The notes below the pieces were generated by a model, which was not told the origin of the DNA, searched no databases, and worked only from the letters and a program-made list of their open reading frames with translations. Positions 8,397 through 16,843 of a stretch of 17,756 bases of DNA are shown here, piece after piece. Numbering within the stretch: position 1 is the stretch's first letter; each line of letters starts with the position of its first letter. Location of the stretch: positions 1-17,756 of the forward strand of contig JBFXGD010000061.1 of NCBI GenBank assembly GCA_050178385.1. Reading direction: 5' to 3'. The position numbers and the translations under genes are program-made. Source of the stretch: Calditrichaceae bacterium (lineage in GTDB: Bacteria > Calditrichota > Calditrichia > Calditrichales > JBFXGD01).

Positions 8397-9038
8397 TTAC
8401 TTTTTTAATATTATCCGGTCTTTAGCCAGTTTTATATCCGATACTTCAAATAATGCAGTGGAAAGATATCTTCTTAAATTTTTTCTGTCATACTTTTCCC
8501 CATATTCATCCGATAGTTTAAATTTCATTTTTCCAATATAAATAACCGCTTCATTCCCTAAACTAATCTCACCCTCAGAAATTATTGGTTTTCCATCTAT
8601 TTTTACAAAAAGATTCTGCAATACGCTATCGGGTGTGGATGATACGATCCTTTCAAACAGAGACTCCACGTTTCCGGGAACTTTATCTTTGGGGATTTTT
8701 GATAAATCGACCACCATCTCGATCGAAATACGCTCTTTATCAATAGATGAATGCACGGCCTTAATGATCTCCCCGACATCAGCAGATGTTTCCTTTTCAA
8801 GCTGATCAAAAACAATAATCGACAGATCTTCCGGAGATATCTCGGCCGAGCCTTGATTTATCAGTTTTTGTTTTATTCGGGATTTCACTTTACCGGTATC
8901 CGCAAGACGATCGCTGAATTCCCGGACTTCCGTGGTATTATACCATTCGGGCTGATAGCTTATATTTTTATACACATAGTAAATTGCGCCGGCTATGACA
9001 CCAGCGATAATCAGGATGATGAGCAAAAACGTACGCAT
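8397..9038 (-). CDS. Hypothetical protein with N-terminal membrane anchor or signal sequence
   Basis: 213-aa ORF co-oriented with neighbours; MRTFLLIILIIAGVIAGAIYYVY hydrophobic segment followed by a soluble domain with no motif I recognise. Confidence 0.8.
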   Translation of the reverse strand: MRTFLLIILIIAGVIAGAIYYVYKNISYQPEWYNTTEVREFSDRLADTGKVKSRIKQKLINQGSAEISPEDLSIIVFDQLEKETSADVGEIIKAVHSSIDKERISIEMVVDLSKIPKDKVPGNVESLFERIVSSTPDSVLQNLFVKIDGKPIISEGEISLGNEAVIYIGKMKFKLSDEYGEKYDRKNLRRYLSTALFEVSDIKLAKDRIILKK

Positions 9039-9195
9039 ATTTTATCCGCCTGTGTTATCCGCTCTGATGAACTGCGAATGATTCAGATTTTCGCCGATAG
9101 AAGATCTTTTTGAATAGTTTTGAGCAAATACTGAAAGTTTAAATTTTGAATACTGCCGGAAATATCAATCCTGATAGTTATCAGGATCCTTTTCT

Positions 9196-10287
9196 TTATA
9201 ATACACCTGCCAATTCCTTTATATATTTTTTTGTTTCCATTCTCATCAGGCCAATCGTTGTTGAATTTTCAGAAATAACGACAAAAAAATCCTTTCTTTC
9301 AGGGATCCTGTCAATTTTCATAAATCCATCTTCATATTCAATAATCACATCTTTCAGCGCCGGCATTTTAATTTCAGTCGAGACATTTTCAATCATTTTG
9401 ATAAGCGATGAGATAAGAGGCGACAACACGGAAATCTGATATTTTTCCTTAAATGGTTCCGGGATAAATGAAGCCAAAGGGAATCCTTCAATATCAAAAA
9501 TCGCCGCTAACTGCACGCCTTTATTTTTTGTGAAATTTCCCAGAATATTTGCTATTTTCTGCTGTTTTTTTAACTTTTCAAGTTCCATCTCCCGCGCCTG
9601 TGGATTTCTTATTTCATCAGCTCTTTTCATGCCATCGAGCAATAAGGTCTGCCATCCCTTTATGATGGTTTCTTTAGGCGCCTTGATCCCTTTTTCCACT
9701 GAAAAACTGCCGCCTTCCCAGGCAAGAATCTCATAAAACGCGTTTTCACCTTCTACACCATCGACTTCCGCATGGACAATATTTCCGTCTTCAAAAAATA
9801 TTACGCCTTTTTGATCGAGATTTCTGACGTGTAGCGCGTTTGTCAATCGTCCAAGACAATTCATCTGAATCAGATCACTGAGTTGAAAATCCGATATCCG
9901 CCCCTCGAACCCTTTTTTCTCTTCCAGAGCGTCGAGTATCATTTGTCTCAGCTCATGAATTTCAAACGGCTTTTCAATATATTTAAAACATCCCCGTTTG
10001 TTTGCCTCTTCCTGTACTTCGGATGACCCGTATGCGGTCATGATTATGACCCGGGTCGCCGGATAATTTTCTTTTATTTTCAGAAGAAGATCCATACCGG
10101 AAATTTCAGGCATGCGGATGTCGGTAATGACAAGCTGAATTGGCAATTGAGAAATGACTTCCAACGCTTCCGTTCCGCTGTTAGCCGTCAATAATTCATA
10201 TTTTTCCTTGTCTTTGGCAAGATGCTTGGAGATAGACCAGGTTAAATCTTCTTCATCGTCAACAACCAAAACACGTTTCAAGCTCAA
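9196..10287 (-). CDS. Response regulator: receiver + DUF4388 (PatA N-terminal-like) + probable C-terminal Roadblock/LC7 domain
   Basis: REC: VLVVDDEED, ITDIRMP, MTAYG, IEKPF. DUF4388-like: FEGRISDFQLSDLIQM...GVIFFEDGNIVHA...AFYEILAWEGGSF. Roadblock-like: GVQLAAIFDIEGFPLAS...VIIEYEDG...IGLMRME. TTG start with AAGGAG RBS. Confidence 0.85.
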   Translation of the reverse strand: MSLKRVLVVDDEEDLTWSISKHLAKDKEKYELLTANSGTEALEVISQLPIQLVITDIRMPEISGMDLLLKIKENYPATRVIIMTAYGSSEVQEEANKRGCFKYIEKPFEIHELRQMILDALEEKKGFEGRISDFQLSDLIQMNCLGRLTNALHVRNLDQKGVIFFEDGNIVHAEVDGVEGENAFYEILAWEGGSFSVEKGIKAPKETIIKGWQTLLLDGMKRADEIRNPQAREMELEKLKKQQKIANILGNFTKNKGVQLAAIFDIEGFPLASFIPEPFKEKYQISVLSPLISSLIKMIENVSTEIKMPALKDVIIEYEDGFMKIDRIPERKDFFVVISENSTTIGLMRMETKKYIKELAGVL

Positions 10288-10299
10288 ATTACTACTCCT

Positions 10300-11907
10300 T
10301 CATTGCTGTTTAACAATAACAGGTTTGGACAGCCACCATGAGTCCGCGTTGGAAAGGTAACTGCGACCATTTATTCTAATATTTTGCAGGTTATTACTGA
10401 CAATATTTATAATTTTCTTATTAAACAGAACTGTAACCGGCAATTCATCCACAATCGTCCTTTGAAATTCTATCCAGCTTTTTTTGCGAATCTCCTTGTC
10501 AAGATTGGTCAGTCCCTGTTCAATGAGGGCATCCACTTCAGGATTCCGATACCCCATAAAGTTATTGCCATTTTTAATGCTGGCGGAATGGAACAGATCG
10601 GAGGGATCAAAGGTCTCATTCTCAACCCAGCTTATAATAACCGCGTCAAAAAGCCCTTTATTCAGGCGTTCAATAAATTTGTTCCATGGCAGAATCTCAA
10701 GATTTATATCGATACCAATGGTGCGGTAGTAAGCCTTAATATTGGTGGCAAGTTCTTTGCGAATATTACTTTCAATGTTAGTCAGAAGATTCAATGTAAG
10801 GAATTTTCCGTCCTTTACAAGAAGTCCTTCATCGTTCCGGGTGTCCCAGCCCTGCGCGCTGAGTAATTGTTTCGCGTACATGGGATCATATTTTCCCGCC
10901 GTCTTTGAGAAGTACGCCCAGAACTCGGGATACGCGGGTGAATCTTCCACCTCTGCAAATCCGGACAATATTCCATCCACAAGTGTCGCTCTGTCGAGGG
11001 CAGCGGTCAGGGCTTTCCTGATTTGCAGAGACTGGAGAGTCGGGTTTCGCAAATTCCATCCGATAAAAGTAAAACCTTTCTCTGATGAAGCCACTATTTT
11101 ATAGTCCGCTAAATTTTCGACATCATTCAGACTGGATACAGGGAGATCGTACACAAAGTCAAGTTCCTGTTTTCTCAGAGCAGAGATCATCGAATCAACA
11201 TCACTGTAAAACAGGAAAGTAAGCGTATCTAGATATGGCTTTTTCCCAAAATAGTACGGATTTCTCTCCAGGCGGATCTCCTTTTCATTTCTGATTTTCA
11301 AAAGAAACGGACCGCAACCGGTGAAATCTGAGAAATAATCATTTATAATCTGTATCAAACCTTTTGTTTCCAAAAGCATTTCACCGGCCATTACCGGGAA
11401 TCTTGTTAATTGCAAAGGATCGGCAACGGGACGATTAAAGGAAAATCTGACGGTCAATGAATCAATTATTTCAGGATCACGCAGGAGAGAAACATTTGAC
11501 ACCGCGTTCAGCTGATCTTGATATTTTCTGATGAAGTTAAAACTCGAGACGACATCATTACTATTTATTTTTCTGCCGTTACTCCAGGTATATTCATGAT
11601 CCAGCATATAAGTAATGGTTTTATGATCGTCTGCGATCTGCCATCCTGCCGCCAGTTCCGGAACAGGCTCATCGCCCGAACCGGCGCCTGTTAATCCCGG
11701 ATTCAACAGATACTGACTGATTTCTTTCGCGTTGTATTCAGTAATATTGAATGGAAACAGATCATTGATGGTGCCCAGCAGACCGATCCGAACATTACCG
11801 CCGTAATGAGCCTTATCGGATTCAGTCTCCTTGCTCCCTGAACAACGGAGTACGATGAGGGCAAACAAAGAGATCGAAAAGCCAATAACCAAAAATCGTT
11901 TCATCAT
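10300..11907 (-). CDS. ABC transporter substrate-binding protein family 5 (peptide/nickel type), probable lipoprotein
   Basis: Signal peptide ending ...IVLRC-SGS (non-canonical lipobox); YGGNVRIG, PELAAGW, WSNGRKINSNDV, GCGPF, LERNPYYFG, IRKALTAALDR, YRNPEVDALI. Start taken as ATG 11907/11904, just after the cdsA stop. Confidence 0.88.
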   Translation of the reverse strand: MMKRFLVIGFSISLFALIVLRCSGSKETESDKAHYGGNVRIGLLGTINDLFPFNITEYNAKEISQYLLNPGLTGAGSGDEPVPELAAGWQIADDHKTITYMLDHEYTWSNGRKINSNDVVSSFNFIRKYQDQLNAVSNVSLLRDPEIIDSLTVRFSFNRPVADPLQLTRFPVMAGEMLLETKGLIQIINDYFSDFTGCGPFLLKIRNEKEIRLERNPYYFGKKPYLDTLTFLFYSDVDSMISALRKQELDFVYDLPVSSLNDVENLADYKIVASSEKGFTFIGWNLRNPTLQSLQIRKALTAALDRATLVDGILSGFAEVEDSPAYPEFWAYFSKTAGKYDPMYAKQLLSAQGWDTRNDEGLLVKDGKFLTLNLLTNIESNIRKELATNIKAYYRTIGIDINLEILPWNKFIERLNKGLFDAVIISWVENETFDPSDLFHSASIKNGNNFMGYRNPEVDALIEQGLTNLDKEIRKKSWIEFQRTIVDELPVTVLFNKKIINIVSNNLQNIRINGRSYLSNADSWWLSKPVIVKQQ

Positions 11908-11918
11908 AAAATTTGTCT

Positions 11919-12743
11919 TTATATCCATATAAGATAGATTATCAAAAATAGCGGTGATATAAATAACAGGCTGTCAAACCGATCCAAAAATCCGCCGTGC
12001 GCGGGAAGTAAATTTGATGAATCCTTTATTTTTGCGTCTCTTTTAAACCAGGATTCAACAAGGTCTCCCAGCTGCCCCGCAACACCAACGATAATTCCGG
12101 ATACGATGCTAAGCTCAATCGGCAGGTCCAATATACCAGTCCATGAGATGACCAGAAAGGTCAAAATTCCTCCGATAAGCCCTGCTATTCCTCCTTCTAT
12201 ACTCTTTTTTGGAGAAACGCGTTCAAACAATTTATGTTTCCCGAATTGTTTTCCGAACAGGTAGGCGAATGTATCGCATATCCAGACAGAGACAAACATG
12301 GCCAACATGAATAAGGCCGCTGAATTATCCGATTTTCCAGGAATGATTTTTTCAATGTTGTCCCTTAGAAAGAGCATCGATGCCACAAATAAACCCGGAT
12401 AAACAATTCCCAAAAGCGTTGCGGATATATTCATGATCGGTGACCCATTATTACGGAACATCTCTGACGCGAAGATGATCAGCGCCATTAAAACAAGAAA
12501 ACTGACACCGTAATTATTAACGCCAAAATGAACCTGCCAGAGGATTCCAAGAGTCGTGATGATTCCCAAAATCTTCTGCGCGTTCACTGTTTTCGCGCTC
12601 GCAAGTTTATACAGCTCCCATTGACCTACTACGGCAATTAAAACAATAAGTCCAAAGAAATAAACTCCGCCTTTCCATATTAAAAATATCAGAAGGGGAA
12701 TACCGACAACAGCTACCGCAACCCGTGTAAGAAACTCTTTCAT
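11919..12743 (-). CDS. cdsA: Phosphatidate cytidylyltransferase
   Basis: DTFAYLFG, SPKKSIEG, GDLVESWFKRDAKIKDSSNLLPAHGGFLDRFDS; multi-TM; GGAG RBS. Confidence 0.95.
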   Translation of the reverse strand: MKEFLTRVAVAVVGIPLLIFLIWKGGVYFFGLIVLIAVVGQWELYKLASAKTVNAQKILGIITTLGILWQVHFGVNNYGVSFLVLMALIIFASEMFRNNGSPIMNISATLLGIVYPGLFVASMLFLRDNIEKIIPGKSDNSAALFMLAMFVSVWICDTFAYLFGKQFGKHKLFERVSPKKSIEGGIAGLIGGILTFLVISWTGILDLPIELSIVSGIIVGVAGQLGDLVESWFKRDAKIKDSSNLLPAHGGFLDRFDSLLFISPLFLIIYLIWI

Positions 12744-12895
12744 TTGAACTCCGCATTCTTTTTCAAAAGTTAGTCATAATTATTTTCACATGCAAAGGTC
12801 TGTTCTGATGATTTCCAAAACAATGTAAACTATTGATTACTATTATGAACAGATAGTAATGTATCGGTTATCAGATTTATCTACTGACATTGCAT

Positions 12896-14161
12896 TTATT
12901 TCAGCGCCCTGAATCCAATATCTGTGCGATAATGCATTTTGTCAAAACGGATTTTATCTATAGCGCCATATACGCCGTCTCTTGCTGCCGGTAAAGATTC
13001 TCCCAGAGCCACAACATTTAGAACACGCCCACCGGATGTCACTACTCTATTATCCTGTACCACAGTCCCCGCATGAAAAACGAGTACGTCCGGCTTCAAA
13101 TCATTCAAACCGTGTATTTCGATGTACTTCTCATACTCATCAGGATATCCTCCGGATACGAGGACAACATCCATTGCATAGCCGTTTCTGATCCTGATCG
13201 TCTGCTTATCGATGTTTTCATCAACAGTCGCGACCATCAATGGCACAATATCTGATTCTATCAACGGCAGAACCGCCTCAGTTTCCGGATCCCCGAATCT
13301 GCAATTGTACTCCAGAAGCATGGGTTCGTTTTTGTTAATCATGAGTCCGAAATAAAGCAATCCTTTATATGGATGTCCTTCATCGCGCATTGCCTTGAGT
13401 GTCGGGCGTATGATTTTTTCTTCGATTCTGTGAACGAGCTCATTAGTCGCGATAGGAGCAGGGGCGTAAGCTCCCATACCTCCCGTGTTTTTCCCCAGAT
13501 CGCCATCATTTACTTTTTTATGATCCTGAGATGAGGGCAGCAGAATATAATTTGATCCGTCGGTCAGCGCGAAAACTGATAGTTCTTCTCCTTCAAGAAA
13601 TGTTTCAATGACCAGCCGGTTTCCGGCTGAACCAAATGATTTATCTCTTAATATGGAATTAATGCCGGCAAGAGCCTCGCTCCGGTTCCGGCATATCAAA
13701 ACACCTTTCCCGGCAGCAAGACCGTCGGCCTTAAGAACCAGCGGAAATGCGGCAGATCCGTTTACATAATCCCGCGCCTCCTGCAAATCGGTCAAACAAA
13801 CATAATCCGCGGTGGGAATATGATATTTCCGCATCAGATTCTTTGCAAAAAGTTTGCTGGCTTCTATCTGAGCTGCTGCTTTATCCGGACCGAAAATCTT
13901 CAGGCTGTGTTTGAGGAACAGATCAACAATACCCTCCACCAAGGGCGCTTCGGGACCGACTACCGTCAGATCAATTTTCTTCTCTTTTGCAAAACTCAAT
14001 AACCCTTCAAAGTCGTCGGTCCGGATATCAATATTTTCGGCAAGTTTTCCGGTCCCCGGATTACCGGGCGCGCAATAGATCTGCTTAACCAGTGAACTCT
14101 GCTTTATCTTCCAGACGAGGGCGTGTTCCCTTCCCCCGCTTCCGATCACTAAAATATTCAT
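12896..14161 (-). CDS. purD: Phosphoribosylamine--glycine ligase
   Basis: GSGGREHAL, APGNPG, VVGPEAPL, KADGLAAGKGV, QDHKK, NTGGMGAY, EYNCRFGDPE, GGRVL, YRTDIG. Confidence 0.97.
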   Translation of the reverse strand: MNILVIGSGGREHALVWKIKQSSLVKQIYCAPGNPGTGKLAENIDIRTDDFEGLLSFAKEKKIDLTVVGPEAPLVEGIVDLFLKHSLKIFGPDKAAAQIEASKLFAKNLMRKYHIPTADYVCLTDLQEARDYVNGSAAFPLVLKADGLAAGKGVLICRNRSEALAGINSILRDKSFGSAGNRLVIETFLEGEELSVFALTDGSNYILLPSSQDHKKVNDGDLGKNTGGMGAYAPAPIATNELVHRIEEKIIRPTLKAMRDEGHPYKGLLYFGLMINKNEPMLLEYNCRFGDPETEAVLPLIESDIVPLMVATVDENIDKQTIRIRNGYAMDVVLVSGGYPDEYEKYIEIHGLNDLKPDVLVFHAGTVVQDNRVVTSGGRVLNVVALGESLPAARDGVYGAIDKIRFDKMHYRTDIGFRALK

Positions 14162-14342
14162 TAATAAGCCCCGATAAAAATTGATTAAATATGGTACTTT
14201 TTTAGTATTTCATTTCTTCAAAATCAATGGAAAACCTATTACTGTGTATTTAATCCTGAATATCTCACCCGATTAAAATCAGGGATCCGAAATAACATCC
14301 CATCTCTTCCACCTCTTACATCAAACTTCCTACTTCTCACTT

Positions 14343-14366
14343 AGGGCACGAGCATCGTGCCCCTAC
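14343..14366 (-). repeat. GTAG-type REP hairpin 3 (minus: GTAG-GGGCACGA-TGC-TCGTGCCC-T)
   Basis: GTAG plus a perfect 8-bp stem; flanked by TTCCTAC TTCTCAC (14327-14340). Confidence 0.8.
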
Positions 14367-14403
14367 TCTTACACTCTTAACTCTTTTCTCTTAACGCTCT
14401 TTA
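14359..14403. repeat. 45-bp exact direct repeat, copy 1 (GCCCCTACTCTTACACTCTTAACTCTTTTCTCTTAACGCTCTTTA)
   Basis: Identical to 14674-14718; internally made of CTCTTWW-like 7-mers. Confidence 0.92.
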
Positions 14404-14404
14404 C

Positions 14405-14446
14405 TTCCTACTTCTCACTTCCTACTTCTCACTTCCAACTTCTCAC
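14405..14446. repeat. Period-7 tract (TTCYNAC)x6
   Basis: TTCCTAC TTCTCAC TTCCTAC TTCTCAC TTCCAAC TTCTCAC. Confidence 0.92.
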
Positions 14447-14484
14447 TTCTTCTAACCCACCCCGGGCCTGATAAATCATGCCCT

Positions 14485-14512
14485 TCCCCTCCCTTTTGCA
14501 TAAGGGAGGGGA
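14485..14512. repeat. Perfect 11-bp inverted repeat TCCCCTCCCTT-N6-AAGGGAGGGGA, a second REP-like palindrome class
   Basis: Arms at 14485-14495 and 14502-14512; nested in an imperfect outer pair ACCCACCCC / GGGGAGGGT. Confidence 0.8.
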
Positions 14513-14655
14513 TGGAGGGGAGGGTCAGTCGCTTGCTGAACAGAAAATTCACCCCGAAGAATCTTTTTTTCTACATCCTTCCAAGGTAGCCAAAGATGCC
14601 TGCGGCATGACATACGGGTAGATTAACCGGTTTCACCGCGGTTGACTATGACATC

Positions 14656-14681
14656 GCGTGCCCGGATTGGGACGCCCCTAC
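14656..14681 (-). repeat. Degenerate GTAG-type REP hairpin 4 (minus: GTAGGG-GCGTCCC-AATCC-GGGCACGC)
   Basis: GTAGGGGC start shared with hairpin 3; 7-bp stem with a one-base bulge. Confidence 0.55.
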
Positions 14682-14718
14682 TCTTACACTCTTAACTCTT
14701 TTCTCTTAACGCTCTTTA
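14674..14718. repeat. 45-bp exact direct repeat, copy 2
   Basis: Identical to 14359-14403, offset 315 bp. Confidence 0.92.
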
Positions 14719-14719
14719 A

Positions 14720-14761
14720 TTCTCACTTCCTACTTCCTACTTCTCACTTCCTACTTCTTAC
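14720..14761. repeat. Period-7 tract (TTCYYAC)x6 overlapping the uvrB 3' end
   Basis: TTCTCAC TTCCTAC TTCCTAC TTCTCAC TTCCTAC TTCTTAC; the uvrB stop (14744-14746) lies in the fourth unit. Confidence 0.92.
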
Positions 14762-16726
14762 TTTCTCAATCTCATCCCTGATCACAGCGGCCTTCTCAAA
14801 TTCCAGATTAGCGGCCGCGGATAGCATCTCTTTTGTAAGGCGTTCGATGAGCTCTTCACTGCTCATATGTTCGCCATAACTTATCGTGCTCTCGGCTACC
14901 TTTGGCAGACTTTTGCTCACATCAGCCACCGAAGTGGTACGAAGGATTTCCTCAGTTGTTTTAAAGATTGTCTGTGGGGAAATATTATGAACCCGGTTGT
15001 ATTCAGTTTGTTTTTCTCTGCGGCGCCTTGACTCATCCATCGTTCGCATCATCGAATCCGTCACATGATCCGCGTAAAAAATGACTTTTCCCCCGATATT
15101 TCTCGCGGCTCTGCCGGATGTTTGCATTAGTGAAACATAAGATCTTAGAAAACCCTCTTTATCAGCGTCAAGAACGGCAACAAGTGAAACTTCCGGCAAA
15201 TCAAGTCCTTCTCTTAATAAATTGATACCCACCAGAACATCAAATTCGGCAAGCCTTAAGTCGCGTAAAATACCAACCCGGTCCAGAGCGTGAATTTCCG
15301 AATGCAGATACCGGACACGAATTCCCGCCGCCTGAAGATAATCCGTCAGATCTTCAGACATCCTCTTTGTAAGAGTCGTGACTAAAACACGTTCTTTTAA
15401 GGCAACTCTTTCATGAATTTCATGAATAAGATCATCAATTTGGGTTAAAACAGGCCGGACTTCTATTTCAGGATCAATCAGACCCGTAGGACGAATCACC
15501 TGTTCCACAAATACTCCGTCGCTCTTGCTGAATTCATAATCCGAGGGTGTGGCTGATACAAAAACGGTTTGATTCATCCTTTTTTCGAACTCAGGAAATT
15601 TTAGAGGTCTGTTGTCCAACGCGCTTGGCAGGCGAAATCCGTAACGCACCAGATTCTCTTTTCTCGAACGGTCCCCGTTATACATAGCTCTGATTTGAGG
15701 AATAGTCTGATGTGATTCATCAATAATCACAAGAAAATCTTTTGGAAAAAAATCCAGCAGCGTGTATGGCGGTTCTCCGGCTTTACGACCCGAAATATGT
15801 CGGGAATAATTTTCAATGCCCGAGCAATAACCAATCTCCGCCATCATTTCCAGGTCAAAATTTGTCCGCATTTCAAGCCGCTGCGCCTCAAGCAACTGAT
15901 TCTCCGCTCTCATTTTTTCAAGCTGTCCGGCAAGTTCCACACGAATTGAGTCCATGGCCAGCCGCATTTTTTCACCGGTGGTTACAAAATGTTTGGCCGG
16001 AAAAATGAAAGCCTTATCGATTGAATCGGTACCTTTCCCGGTCAAAGGATCAATTCTCTGAATCCGTTCAATTTCGTTTCCAAAAAATTCAAGCCTGTAC
16101 GCGAATTCTTCATATGCCGGATAGATATCGACAATATCTCCGCGAATACGAAATGTACCGCGCTGAAAATCAAAATCATTTCTCGAATACTGAATATCGA
16201 CCAGTTTGAGTAAAAAATCCTGCCTGTTGTAAGATTTACCCTGCTCCAGCACAACTACCATATCTTTATAATCGGCAGGAGAACCAATGCCGTATATACA
16301 ACTGACGCTCGCGATCACAATCACATCTTTCCTGGCAAGCAGCGAGCTCGTTGCCTTTAACCGAAGCCGGTCGATTTCATCATTTATTGAAGCGTCTTTT
16401 TCTATATACGTATCCGTTGTGGGAAGATACGCTTCCGGCTGATAATAATCATAATAGCTTATAAAAAATTCAACGGCATTTTCCGGGAAGAATCCTTTAA
16501 ATTCTCCAAATAGCTGTGCCGCAAGAGTTTTATTATGCGAAATCACCAGAGTCGGTTTATTTATTTTCTCGATAACATTTGCCATCGTAAACGTTTTACC
16601 GCTGCCGGTCACTCCGAGCAGTGTCTGGTGCGTATCTCCCCTTTCCAAACCTGCGACGAGTTCATCGATTGCCTGAGGCTGATCGCCTTGCGGCTGGTAA
16701 ATCGACTTTAATTTAAACTGATCCAT
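14744..16726 (-). CDS. uvrB: Excinuclease ABC subunit B
   Basis: [18 protein letters not shown] (Walker A), [11 protein letters not shown] (beta-hairpin), [38 protein letters not shown]-terminal UVR domain [13 protein letters not shown]. Confidence 0.98.
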   Translation of the reverse strand: MDQFKLKSIYQPQGDQPQAIDELVAGLERGDTHQTLLGVTGSGKTFTMANVIEKINKPTLVISHNKTLAAQLFGEFKGFFPENAVEFFISYYDYYQPEAYLPTTDTYIEKDASINDEIDRLRLKATSSLLARKDVIVIASVSCIYGIGSPADYKDMVVVLEQGKSYNRQDFLLKLVDIQYSRNDFDFQRGTFRIRGDIVDIYPAYEEFAYRLEFFGNEIERIQRIDPLTGKGTDSIDKAFIFPAKHFVTTGEKMRLAMDSIRVELAGQLEKMRAENQLLEAQRLEMRTNFDLEMMAEIGYCSGIENYSRHISGRKAGEPPYTLLDFFPKDFLVIIDESHQTIPQIRAMYNGDRSRKENLVRYGFRLPSALDNRPLKFPEFEKRMNQTVFVSATPSDYEFSKSDGVFVEQVIRPTGLIDPEIEVRPVLTQIDDLIHEIHERVALKERVLVTTLTKRMSEDLTDYLQAAGIRVRYLHSEIHALDRVGILRDLRLAEFDVLVGINLLREGLDLPEVSLVAVLDADKEGFLRSYVSLMQTSGRAARNIGGKVIFYADHVTDSMMRTMDESRRRREKQTEYNRVHNISPQTIFKTTEEILRTTSVADVSKSLPKVAESTISYGEHMSSEELIERLTKEMLSAAANLEFEKAAVIRDEIEKVRSRK

Positions 16727-16797
16727 GGCAACAATTTATTCTGTTTACGTATATATTATAAATTACCCGTCAAAATTAAAAAAAAATACAGTCTTAT

Positions 16798-16825
16798 GCT
16801 AACTTTTTTGGTATCACTCTGTCTA
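16798..16825 (+). promoter_or_regulatory. Candidate ECF-sigma (autoregulatory) promoter: GCTAAC-N16-TGTCTA
   Basis: AAC (16801-16803) and GTCT (16821-16824) with typical ECF spacing, just upstream of the AGGAGG RBS (16833-16838). Motif match only. Confidence 0.5.
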
Positions 16826-16843
16826 TAATGACAGGAGGTAAAA

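Noticed and set aside
9039..9110. TTATCCGC duplicated and a weak ~9-nt periodicity
   Set aside because: Two 8-mers and irregular spacing (9, 10, 7) are compatible with chance.
14162..14673. Purine or ZMP/ZTP riboswitch upstream of purD
   Set aside because: Conserved cores (TATAAT...GATATGG...GTTTCTAC; GACTGGCG...GCCTGGGC) not found on the minus strand by eye; cmscan would settle it.
14656..14690. Group II intron end (GTGCCCGG... / ...CCCCTACTC)
   Set aside because: No domain V helix and no RT ORF; better explained as a degenerate GTAG REP plus the 45-bp repeat.
14658..14879. 73-aa plus-strand ORF
   Set aside because: Translation ([12 protein letters not shown]) is just the heptamer tract, and the rest is antisense to uvrB.
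16727..16797. LexA/SOS box or sigma70 promoter for uvrB
   Set aside because: No CTGT-N8-ACAG or GAAC-N4-GTTC. TTGACG and TATAAT on the minus strand are only 7 nt apart. A lineage-specific box cannot be excluded.
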